The translations under genes and the position numbers were made by a program. A stretch of DNA of 62,849 nucleotides, the filler included, from Stramenopiles sp. TOSAG23-2 (Eukaryota): the NCBI GenBank assembly GCA_900128395.1. It is 5 parts of 5 records of this genome, joined end to end, with 100 filler letters (N's around TTAATTAATTAA, not from the genome) between each part and the next. Parts side by side here need not be neighbours in the genome. Positions count along the whole stretch, not along the records: positions 1 to 28,889 come from LT649395.1; positions 28,990 to 57,733 come from LT649396.1; 3 more parts are not named here. One strand, 5' to 3'. The notes under the pieces were generated by a model, which saw only the letters and a list, made by a program, of their open reading frames with translations, made no database searches and was not told the origin of the DNA. How positions within the stretch are numbered: position 1 is the stretch's first letter; every line of letters starts with the position of its first letter. Below, one piece after another: positions 21,373 through 32,510 of the stretch.

Positions 21373-24300
21373 ATGGCAGATTATCGAAAACCAGCATCGG
21401 CATTACGTCGTGCGAAGGAGTTATATGCAAATAATAATAAACAATTAGCAATTGAAACGTTGTATGATATCATCAAAAGTCGTAGGCACAAGACATGGAC
21501 TGCAACGCATGAGGAAATCATGAAACTTTTTATATTAATTGCAGTTGATATGAGAAAAAATACATTTGCTAAGGATGGATTGCATCAATATCGTTCTATT
21601 TGTCAACATTCGAATACGCCAAATTCACTAGAAGAGATTGTGAAATATTTTTTAGATTTAGCAGAAAAGAAATGTGAAAAAGCAGCATCCCAAACGACGT
21701 TCAAGTTGGAATCGACGCAAGACTTGGATGAAGCATATAGTGCAGAGACTATCATGATGACCAGTGTCACCGTTGCAGGTGATAAAGAACGTGTAGAGCG
21801 AGAAACATTAGTACCATGGCTACGCTTTTTACATGAAGCATATCGTACGACTTTAAATATTATTAGTAATAATAATAAATTAGAACGTATATATCATGAA
21901 ACATGCAAACGTGCATATAACTTTTGTATAAAATACGAACGTAAGCAAGAATTTCGACGTATATGTCAATTGATCAAGAAACATTTAAGTGATATTGAGA
22001 AATATTCAGGACAAGATCCTAGTTCAAAACGTGTTTATAATATATCATTAGACGATAGTGTCTATGAAAGATTTTTATTAACTAAATTTGAACAATTAAA
22101 AACAGCCGTGAAAATATCCATGTTAAATGAAGGTTATAAAACCATTGGTGAAATACATGATATTATTGGAAAAATCGACAATTCGTTACGTAAACAATTA
22201 TTGGTGGATTATTACAGTAGCTTAACAGAAGTACGTAATCCCTCTTTTACACACACACACACACACATTTATATATATATATATATGTATATATCCAGAT
22301 TCTAATTTTTATTGTTGGAGACAAATCCTAGAACGTACAATGATGATAAAATGCTCCCTCTTCCTACAGACTTTATGATCTGATGAGGATGAAAAGCATA
22401 CCGGAATCAATATTTATCTGAGTTATTATAGGGTACACTCAAAGCTCCACTTATTCTATGTTTATTTATATATATATTACTATATATTTATATTATTTTT
22501 AAAATACATATATTTTAAAACATGAAAAAACTAACAACAAATATATTACGTAAATAAATAGATGTTTTTGGTATCAAAAAATTATTTATTTCATGCATAT
22601 GCATGGTTGAAATTATATAATTTAGAAGAAAAAGCAAGCGACGACGATAACGATGCCGATGATAGTGAATTGAAAAAAATGGCATCTTGTTTGACATTGG
22701 CAGCATTAGCGGTGCCAATTTTCTCACGTGGTGATAGTATTAGCTCACATGCAAACAATACGATGAACAGAAATAAAGAATATGCTCGTTTATTAGGATA
22801 TCATTTCAATCCTGGACGTGATTCGTTAATGGAACAAATTAGCTCTATGAATTTATTTGAAATTTGTCCAACAGAAATTCAAACTTTATTCAATATTTTG
22901 GAAAATGGTAGCAAACCAATGTCCATGGTCAAAGAAGTAGTACCATTAGTGAAGTGGTTACGTGCGAACGATGATTATAAAAAATATGCGGATGGTATTG
23001 ATGAATTATTAGTAGTACGATTATTGGAACAATTATCAACAGTAAGTTACTTTCATATATATATATATATTGATACATACATACATATTTCTATACGCAT
23101 ATATATATATATGTTTTTGTATATGAGGATACTTTATTGGAGCTGTCATAATATTTTTTTGATGATAATTTTTTATTACGTAACTGATACAAAAAATATG
23201 TATAATATTTATATATATTTATTATCGATTTTTTTTTTTTGAATTCTTTCATTTAAAATAATACTAACACATCAACAATATATTTAATTATATTCATAGC
23301 TTTATAAATCAATGACAATTGAAAGGTTTCAATCTCGAATTGCCGGTATTGGTTTAGAATTTCATGAAGTTGAGAAAATATTGACTCAAGCTGTACGTGC
23401 AAGGCATTTATCCGTTCGTTTTGATCATCAAAATAAGTGTATACGTTTTGAAAGTGACACGATGGAAGCGACGAGGATGAGATCTCAATTGACGAAATTA
23501 GCAAAAAGTTTAACATCTGTTGTAACTGCGTTAGATGATACCGCTAATGGAGTAAGCAGTGGTGCTACCAAAGAAACCAATGAAATAGCCGAACGAAAAA
23601 GAAAACTAGCATTTATATCATCATGCAAAGAGCAAGCTGCGGAAGACAATTTACGAGCAGTAAATCGTAAAGCAAAAATTGAACAGATGAAAAATGCATA
23701 TGAGAAACGTCAATTGGAGCAAGCTAGAATAGCAGCTGATAAAAAGAAAAAAGAAGAGGCAGAGCGTCGTGAGAAAGAACGATTGCGAAGAATTGCAGAA
23801 GCAAAGAAACGGGAAGAAGATCGACTTGATAGGATTGAACAGAAAAAACAATTGATGGCAAAACGAAAATTAGTTGAAGATAGTGGAATTAAAATTTCCG
23901 AGAACCAATTGCAAAACATGACAGGCGAGGAATTGTTGAAACGTCGTCAAGAGATGGCTATTAAAGAGCACAGAAAAGCAGCGTCGAAGATGAGAGAGCA
24001 AAGCAAAAAAATTGATTATCTATGCCGTGCATTGAGAGATGAGGAAAGACCATTGTTGTTGGAGCGAGTGGATTATCTTAAAGCATCTGAGAAAAAATAT
24101 TTTGAAACAACAGATCAAGAAGCAAGGGAGAAGCATCGTAAAAAATGGGAAGATGCAAGTAAATCCAGAGATATGTTGAAACCATTAGCACCATTTGCAG
24201 ATGAATTCACTACCTTCGTATTGGATCAACGTAAAGTAAAATTAGAAGCTAATAAAGAGAAAGAAATTATGTACCAAAAATTGAAAAAAATGCGTGCTAA

Positions 24301-25066
24301 ATACGAACGTGCTCGTAAACGTGAGTTAGAAGCGAAGGCAGCTGAGAAAGCAAGGATACAAAAGGAAGAGGATGCTTTGAAAAAACAAAAAGAGGACGAA
24401 GCAAGGGCAAAGGCACTTGAAGCTGAGGAAGGTGCAAGTAGTAGTGGTGGTGGACGCTGGCAAAAGAGAACTTTAGGCAATAACAACAATAGTGGTAGGG
24501 ATGATCGTGATGATCGTAATAGTAACAATAGTATGGACGATGGCGGCCGTGGTAGGCGCGATGATCGCGACGGTGGTGGTGAAAGACGCGGAGGTGGTTT
24601 AAGAAGAGGCTTTAATAATAATAATAATAATGACGGGCGTGATGACAGAGATCGACGGGATGATCGAGATCGACGTGATTATGACAGAAGGGATGACCGC
24701 GATTATGACAGAAGAGGAGGAGGCGGCGGCGGTGGATTGCGCAGAGGTGGATTTAATGATAATCGTGATGGTGGTGAGAGACGTGGAGGTGGATTGCGTA
24801 GAGGTGGTTTTGGTGGTGGGCGGCGAGATTATGACAGAAGAGATGATAGAAACGAAGGTCGTGATTCTCGATTTGGCAATTCAAGATTCGGTGGTGATAA
24901 TAATAGAGCTGATGACCGTGGTTTTGGTGGTGGTGGCGGTGGTGGCTTAAGACGTGGCGGTGGTTTAAGAAGGGAAGGATTTGGTGGTCGTGGAAATGAT
25001 CAAAGATCAGATGAACGACCTGCACATTTAAGATTTGGGAAAGGCCGCTCACAAGATGATAAATAA
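21373..25066 (+). CDS. EIF3A: Translation initiation factor eIF3 subunit a; exons 21373-22230, 22562-23041, 23300-25066
   Basis: ALRRAKEL, AKDGLHQYR, PWLRFLHEAYR, NYLFHAYAW, IDYLCRALRDEERPLL and an RG/RD-rich tail. Two phase-0 introns (GTACGT/GTAAGT...ACTAAC...TAG) join three ORFs in frame. Confidence 0.95.
22340..22421 (+). ncRNA. Intronic box C/D snoRNA (eIF3a intron 1), SNORD100-like guide to 18S rRNA
   Basis: C box ATGATGA 22340-22346; internal TGATGA 22381-22386; D box CTGA 22418-22421. GCTCCCTCT (22353-22361) and CCGGAATCAA (22401-22410) are complementary to the conserved 18S segment UUGAUUCCGGAGAGGGAGC. Confidence 0.75.
23114..23195 (+). ncRNA. Intronic box C/D snoRNA (eIF3a intron 2)
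   Basis: 8-bp terminal stem TTTTTGTA/TACAAAAA; C box ATGAGGA 23123-23129; C' TGATGA 23160-23165; D box CTGA 23184-23187. TATTGGAGCTG (23135-23145) is complementary to conserved 18S CAGCUCCAAUA. Confidence 0.8.
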
Positions 25067-25431
25067 ATTTGTGTGAGATAGTGTATAGTATGAAATATAT
25101 TCATATCCATATATATATATATATATATTATATATATTTGCCAAATCTTTAGCAGAAGAGCGAAGGAAGAAGGAAGAGAAGAGTGCAAGAAGTGTATTAT
25201 TTAAATTATCATTATAGTATCATTTTTTTAAAGTAAAATATTTTATTATTAAAATATTGATAAAGAGTATCATGCGTATACGAGATAAAATTTATTACGA
25301 ACTCATAATATATATTTTTTTATATTACACACACACATAATACATATATACAAAAACACTCACAACTTTGAAAGTATGTATGTGTATTTTACACGAAAAC
25401 AATATAGCTGTTTCCTTTTTCTTTCTCTTAA

Positions 25432-26016
25432 TCAATCAACCGTTTTACTAGATGCACCTTTGTTTCTACCATAAGAAGAAGAACCTCCAAGATTACTCCT
25501 TGCTTTGGCTCGAAATTCTGCAAAACTAGATGTAGATTTTTTCTTTGTAGTTGGTTTTTTTGATGCAAACCTTGCTTTTGCTTCATTTAATTTTTTATAC
25601 CTTTCCAGCACTTTGATAATAGATTTATTAGCTTTGATAAATGTAGCATCATCAACTTTTGTATCTTCATCGAATGTTTCAGCATATTGTAATGGTGTTT
25701 TCCCAAGATCATCTTTCGCTAATGGATCTGCACCTTTACGTAGTAAAAATTCAACAATTGTCACGCTTCCACCCATGACAGCACAGTGTAATGGAGTTTT
25801 CTTTCTAACTGAACGTATATCACATGAACATTTTGATTTATTCATTAACGTTCTAACTTTCATGGAATCTGCTAATTGACTGAATTTCCAGATATCAGTA
25901 TCACCACCATCATTAATTATTTTCAATATTTCTGTCGTCGTTGCTTTTTTTGTTGTTTTAATACTGGAAGATTTTGATTGGGAGCTATTAAAACGTGATG
26001 AAGATGTTAACGGCAT
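25432..26016 (-). CDS. Ankyrin-repeat protein
   Basis: KKTPLHCAVMGGSVTIVEFLLRKGADPLAKDDLGKTPLQYA. Confidence 0.85.
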   Translation of the reverse strand: MPLTSSSRFNSSQSKSSSIKTTKKATTTEILKIINDGGDTDIWKFSQLADSMKVRTLMNKSKCSCDIRSVRKKTPLHCAVMGGSVTIVEFLLRKGADPLAKDDLGKTPLQYAETFDEDTKVDDATFIKANKSIIKVLERYKKLNEAKARFASKKPTTKKKSTSSFAEFRAKARSNLGGSSSYGRNKGASSKTVD

Positions 26017-26707
26017 ATTTATATTTTATTATTTTACGTTTTTTTTGATATGATTATCAATGTATATATATGAATTATAATGTGAATATACTTCTAAATG
26101 TATTTACAAAAAATTAAAATGGTTATTATATCTATCTATGCATATATATATATATATACGTGTTCTGCAATTTGTAAATATAACCAACGCATATCTATAT
26201 ACAAAGTAATATATATGTACTATGATATTTATTATTGAATTTGGTCGTATAAAATAGCAGGTTAATAGCTACCAGAGTTTGTAAAATGGAAAATATTGGA
26301 ATAATGCATAAAACGCCACAAGCACCTGCAAATAATTACCCGGAATCTAAAAATCAACAAAAAATGCACAACGTCCTTCTGAAATATAAAAATCCTTAAA
26401 TCTAGATTAAAAGATTAAAATCAAAAACCCTTAAAAATATAAATGTCGCGGTGCGCCGGTCGTCAATCGTCAATCAATCAAATAAAAAATGATAAATAAA
26501 TCTTGTAAAGACAAGATGAAATACATCATTTTATATTTGCGGTGTGGTTCATTTTAAAAAAGAAGAGATTCTTCATTTTCTATTCACCTCTCCCTTTTCA
26601 ATTCCTCGACCGCCTTTTCTTTCTTGTTTGCATTTGTTGTTTTTTTGCTTCTGATTTCATTTTATATTTTACTTCGTACTCTTACTGTAAAAAAACGAAA
26701 TCAAATT

Positions 26708-28754
26708 ATGGCAGATTTAGTAATAACAAATGTACAACAACATGAGGGAAAGAATGACGATACCAACAATACAAAAAAAAGAAAATTAATCACAATGCCA
26801 CAAGATTTAAATACCTCCGTCAATGTGAAAAGAACTAAAAATAATGACGATATGGATGTTACTATTATTAGTAATGATGATAATGAGAACGTCTCCACAG
26901 ATATTGGCGCAACAACAACAACAACAACCACAACGACTACAACACGAAGGTCACATGCAGTAAGAAATAATAGGAATAACAAAAATAATCCAGGTAAAAA
27001 AAAACTCGGGCGTTCGAATAAAAACAATTTCAACCCATCAAAAGAAGAAGTCATTGATGAAATCTATTTTAAAAACAAAGTATGGATGAAAATGAAACAT
27101 CACTGGGTCAGATTTTTAGCTGCTGACAAAGAATACAACAGCACAGGTGGCGTATGTATTTCATATGAAGATAAAGCTGAAAAANNNNNNNNNNNNNNNN
27201 NNNNNNNNNNNNNNNNNNNNNNNNNNNNNNNNNNNNNNNNNNNNNNNATTGCTTTTAAGCATGCAAGATGGTTTACATTTATTCGGTCATAAAGGATACC
27301 GTTCTGCACGTTGTACATATGGTGTGAATAGTGGGACATGGTATTGTGAATTTGAAATAAAAGATGCATCTAAAGAGGAAGAAACAAAACATGAAGTAGA
27401 TATTACACATAAAGATAAAGCAAATGTACGCGTAGGTTGGGGTACGAAATTAGCAGAATTACAAGCCCCAATAGGTTATGATGCATATGGATATGGTTAT
27501 CGTGATTTGGAAGGTCATAAATTGCATAAAAGTTGTCGTGAATTATATGGCGATAGTTATGGACCGGGTGATGTTATTGGTATGTTGATACATTTTGCTG
27601 ATGATCAAAACATCAGTAGCAATATTATTACTAATAGTGATAATAATAATAATGTAACAAAAGCAATAACATTTGGCAATGTAAAAGAGAATGGGATAGA
27701 ACAGAAAGAAGATTCTACTTCTTCGCTTTCAAATATAATAATGAAAACAAATACAAATCATATACGATTTTTTAAAAATGGAATTGATCAAGGAATAGCT
27801 TTTACTGATATATCGCGACAAACATTATATTTTCCAACAGTATCATTATATTATAATGCATATGTTAAATTCAATCCAGGTCCAAATTTTAAATTTTCAC
27901 CAAAAATATCTACAAAGTCGCTAATTCCAAAGGTAAATGGCAATAATACAAACAACAATGCAATGGATACAAATAGTAACAACAACAACAACAACAATAA
28001 TAATCATCATTGTAATGATCATAATAATGTATATGCCAATTTAAAGGCATATTCATATTTAGGAGAAGGACATGTACAAAAAGACATGAAAGAGGAAGAA
28101 GAAAATTTTGATGCATTGATATTTGATCTAAATGGAACATTAATTGATAGTATGGAGTATCATTATGAATCATATCGCGCCGTTTGCAGTGAATACAACT
28201 TGAAAATTGATCGCGAAACTTTTTATGCAATGTTTGGTATGGATGCAATTGATTTTTTAAAGAAATTATCATCATCCCAAAATCAAAATTTATCCCAAGC
28301 TGAAATAGAAAATATTTCAAACAAACGTTTGTTATGGTATCGAAATAATTGTTTAGGTCGACAACGTGGTATACATTGCGTTTTGAAAATATTAAAAGGT
28401 GCAAAAGAAAGTGGCCAATTGAAGTTAGCTTTAGTATCAAATGAAACGCCGTTTGTCATTAACTCCGTATTGAAACAATTAAATCTTGATAAAAATATAT
28501 TTGATGTAATCATTAATAATCGTGATTATATTAATCAAAAACCAAATCCAGAAGCATTTTTATTAGCAGCGAAAAAATTAAGAGTTGCTCCATCTCGTAT
28601 ACGCGCATATGGCGATTCGTGGTATGATATTAAAGCAATGAATAATGCTGGTATGGATGTTGTAGATGTAAAATGGCTTGATGGCTACCCAAATCAAATT
28701 GCAAAAGAAATTTTAAGTTTGAAAACATTGTTCCTATCAGAAAAGAATCAATGA
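26708..28754 (+). CDS. ASH2L: ASH2L/Bre2-type SPRY domain fused to a C-terminal HAD-family (beta-PGM/CbbY-like) hydrolase domain; spans a sequencing gap
   Basis: DKAEK|LLLS...KGYRSARCTYGVNSGTWYCEF...VRVGW...LQAPIGYD...YGPGDVIG...FFKNGIDQGIAF...VKFNPGPNFKF (ASH2L SPRY). Continues in the same ORF to LIFDLNGTLIDS...KPNPEAFL...GDSWYDIKA...AGM (HAD). Confidence 0.8.
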
Positions 28755-28889
28755 GACGTCGTCTCTTTTATATGATATCATTCAAGAGTGTCTGTGAGTG
28801 TGCGGTCAAGATAAGATGAAAGAAAAGCGTGTCTCGTATACACGAAAAGTATGATACGGGAAGCATATCATACATTTATCAAGATAAAT

Positions 28890-28989
28890 NNNNNNNNNNN
28901 NNNNNNNNNNNNNNNNNNNNNNNNNNNNNNNNNTTAATTAATTAANNNNNNNNNNNNNNNNNNNNNNNNNNNNNNNNNNNNNNNNNNNN
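28890..28989. other. Artificial contig linker N44-TTAATTAATTAA-N44 (same linker at 57734-57833, 59440-59539, 61146-61245)
   Basis: Identical 100-nt construct four times, with stops in all six frames. Confidence 0.95.
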
Positions 28990-29304
28990 AGGGGCAAAGT
29001 TATTTTGGTGTTCATAATATGGTTTTCCAATTGTGTTAGAGGCCCTAAATATTATTCCATAAAAAAAGAAGTAAAACTGAAGTTATAGTAGACGACACAC
29101 GCCATGATGAACATAATGATACTGCTATGCTAATTTTACAAATGTGTACAAAACAAACATTATATAGATATAAATACACAATTAGTAAAAACATATATTC
29201 ATTAACATTCATAAACATAAACATGTATCGATCATCAGATTACATTTACCTATTAACCTAGTCCTTTCCCACCATCATCCAACCAACTAATCCATCATCT
29301 GTAG

Positions 29305-29484
29305 CGTGAAATAATTAAAACCATTTTAGAAGAGGAAGGACAAAATGCTAATTTAGAAGATATAGAAAAATATGAAGATTTTTTTCCAGAAAACGAAATA
29401 TCTAAGAAGAAGAAGAAGAAAGTGAGTGTCATGCCAATGGAACATCGTAGTAGTGAGGGAAATGTAAATGATGATGCCGACTAA
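29305..29484 (+). CDS. Possible terminal exon of a gene truncated by the contig edge
   Basis: ACTAA...TAG acceptor at 29304, then an open purine-rich frame REIIKTILEEEGQ...KKKKKK...NDDAD*. Upstream exon not identified. Confidence 0.35.
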   Translation, partial: REIIKTILEEEGQNANLEDIEKYEDFFPENEISKKKKKKVSVMPMEHRSSEGNVNDDAD

Positions 29485-29926
29485 TGTGTAACATATTTTA
29501 AAAAATACGAATCGTAAAATATAATACAAAAGTACGAGCCGACCCTATATATAAAAATATTGGGCCAGTATTTATATTAACTGGGAGCTGGGAGAGAGGA
29601 GAACAAGAGAGAGAAAAAGACAGAACACTTTTACACTTTTAAAATTTTCTTATGTGTGTGTGTACATATCATAAAATAAAAAATATTTTTTTTTAAAAAG
29701 ACAAAAGCACAATTTTTTAAAATTTTAATTTTATTTATTATTCGTACACGAACTTCGTAATATAATATACAACTTCGTAAAAAAGAAGCGAAGAAAGGGG
29801 AAGTATTTTCTTGGAAGTTTTTTTTTGGTAAGAAGTATTTTTAGTTTTTATATTTTTTTGAAAACATGTAAAACACGTGGAATCAATTATGATTCTTCAC
29901 ACACATATATAATTTTATTCCAAAGA

Positions 29927-31747
29927 TTATGGCATGTGTAAAACATTTTCTAAAAACCATACAAGCACTAAGGATAATGGGTACAAAGCCAATACAGCCC
30001 ATGCGTCACTCATATAATGGTATTTTTTAAATGAATAAATTACCATGATAAATTGGATGAATACAATTACAATAGTTTCTGCACTAAATTCCCAATACAA
30101 TTGTTTGAAATAAATTAAAGCCATGAATATGCCTAAACAAAAGGTATTGTTCATACATGCAGCGCCTTGCAATGCCGTTAATGAAGTAGTGATTGTAGTA
30201 GAAGTTTTTTTTTGAGCATAATTATACGCTGCAATTAGTTCACTAGCATTCGATGCTAATGGTGCTAATACGAATGATACGTAGAAGGCACTAATATTCA
30301 TCCTGTCACCAAATGCGCTGAATACATCGACCATTGGGTCAGAGAATAGTAATACCATAGCAGTTCCGAGAAACATCATCCATACACTACGAAACAAAAC
30401 ACTACGAGAGAATGCTTTTGGGTCAGATTGTCGCAAATCTTCTAGATCTTCAGGAATTTCTGGCTCGTCATCATCTTCCTCTTCTCCATCATCATCATCA
30501 TCATTTCCACCGTCGACTTGTTGTCCTGAATAATTAACAGATCCAGCAGTTGAAGCTACTTCTTTACTTTTTGCGACTAAACTGCTGACAACTGGTTGAA
30601 TTTTATTTAAAAATTCATCGAACTGTACACTGCCATCCCCATCAATATCAATCATCAAATACGCTTGATGTAAATCTTCAGAAACAAATTTAATGCCTAA
30701 ATCTTTCAACATAAAACTCATTTCTTTTTCTGACATTTCACCATCTCCATCATTGTCATATTTTTTAAAACACGAACGTAGCATTGTTTCGGTAGCAGGG
30801 TTAATATTTGATTTTCCAGAAGATTCCTCCAAAGCTGAATAATTACTATTGCTTTCCCGGCCTTGTGGATTGCCACCCGATAAGAATGCTGCTAGTGATA
30901 CAGAACCGTTTTCAATTGCTTTTTCTTGCAATGCCACTGTTTTAGCAACATTGGATTCGGAAGAGTGATGTTCACCTTCATCTGCTAATTTTGCTTGAAA
31001 CCATAAATAAATGCAAAAAAATACTATCGATAAAATTGTTCCACACAATGCATACCCACTTTCACCTTTGGCTACTTCTTCAGTGTCATCGCCATCGCCT
31101 ACTAATATAAATGCAGGGATTTGAATCACCAAGTAAATGCATGCAGTTGCGAACATGATACGGCCACTTAATATCATATTACGTTGTTTTGGCGCAACAC
31201 CACTTGTTCCCATAGAACACATTGTATTTGAACTTGATAATCGTTTACCACCTTTTTTATATTTTGGTATACCCTTAGTATTTGTATCTACACGCCCTGC
31301 TAAAATCGATAAAAACCATGGGATAGTTAGTAACATAATAGTACTTCCTGCCAATCCTCCAATGCCGACATTTAATTGCTCTTGTGCACCTGGTCCTAAA
31401 CCACTAAATAATACAATTGCTCCATCTGGAACAGCGCCTAAAATAGGTAAAACTATCGACCCAACTAATTCACTTGATATATATTCCGGTATCAATAGCA
31501 ACAATTCACTACCGTCAGATATTAGATTTGACCCTTGATATAAAATTATTGCATAAAATATAAATAACCATACTAATTGTACAAAACCGAAGAAATCTTG
31601 CGGTAATTCATTAACATCGGGGAATAATCTTGCCAGTACAAATTCAGCCGGCGGACAAGTACACGTATCTGCAATGATACCATTGATACACTTTGGGTTA
31701 CTTATAGTATGTACTCCTTGCAGCACACAAGAGGTAATATTTGACAT
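29927..31747 (-). CDS. EF-hand-containing Na+/Ca2+ exchanger-like protein (NCL/EF-CAX family)
   Basis: ISDGSELLL...LPILGAVPD...LAGSTIMLLT (alpha-1); two EF hands DNDGDGEMSEKE and DIDGDGSVQFDEF; FSDPMVD...PLASNASE...MNNTFCL (alpha-2). Confidence 0.9.
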   Translation of the reverse strand: MSNITSCVLQGVHTISNPKCINGIIADTCTCPPAEFVLARLFPDVNELPQDFFGFVQLVWLFIFYAIILYQGSNLISDGSELLLLIPEYISSELVGSIVLPILGAVPDGAIVLFSGLGPGAQEQLNVGIGGLAGSTIMLLTIPWFLSILAGRVDTNTKGIPKYKKGGKRLSSSNTMCSMGTSGVAPKQRNMILSGRIMFATACIYLVIQIPAFILVGDGDDTEEVAKGESGYALCGTILSIVFFCIYLWFQAKLADEGEHHSSESNVAKTVALQEKAIENGSVSLAAFLSGGNPQGRESNSNYSALEESSGKSNINPATETMLRSCFKKYDNDGDGEMSEKEMSFMLKDLGIKFVSEDLHQAYLMIDIDGDGSVQFDEFLNKIQPVVSSLVAKSKEVASTAGSVNYSGQQVDGGNDDDDDGEEEDDDEPEIPEDLEDLRQSDPKAFSRSVLFRSVWMMFLGTAMVLLFSDPMVDVFSAFGDRMNISAFYVSFVLAPLASNASELIAAYNYAQKKTSTTITTSLTALQGAACMNNTFCLGIFMALIYFKQLYWEFSAETIVIVFIQFIMVIYSFKKYHYMSDAWAVLALYPLSLVLVWFLENVLHMP

Positions 31748-32510
31748 AATTATAAAGTATAATTCTCTATTTTTTCTTTCTATTCAATTTTTTATATATT
31801 CTAATAAAAAATAATTATCTATATACATGTATATAGATATATATTGCTTTCTTTTATCGCTTTCTTTCCTTGTTGAATTATAGTCACACAACTATATTTT
31901 GGATATCTGTATGTATGTATAGATATATATACATTTGTGGTGGTGGTGAATAATAATATGAATTTGGCACACCACATCAATAATATACTAATGATACAGC
32001 AGCACAGCAGGCGGTACACCGCGGTACCTGGTAAAAAGAAACTCAATATTCAGGCAAATGGCAACATTGTCAGCCTTTCTGTAGCGGTGATTTTCGGAAT
32101 TTTTTACTGATGCTACTTGACCTTATAAGAAACGATAAAGGTCAACTGTGCCACTGTGCCTATGCATCCATGACACTATTATCTATTATTACATTACTAG
32201 ACAGTATTTACATCTACCTGGGATCTCTTCGTTGTTTTGGTATTAATATTTTGGTTGATTTTCGTATTTATTATATTATATTATATAAGCGAAAAAATAT
32301 TAAAAATAATAAACGTTATGCCAACTGGCTAAGAAGTAAAAGCATCAAACTAAAAAAAAACAGCTTCTTTTTGCACGGAATTATTATTATATTAAACTAA
32401 TAAAACAATAATAACAATAAATGTAGTGCCTCATACATACATACATACACGCTATCAAACAACATATGATTCTCCATAAGTTTTTCAGCATAATTATTTA
32501 AGATACTACC

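Noticed and set aside
28934..28945. TTAATTAATTAA palindrome repeated four times in the window
   Set aside because: Always centred in a 100-nt N block; an assembly linker. Gene adjacency across these joins is not evidence of linkage.
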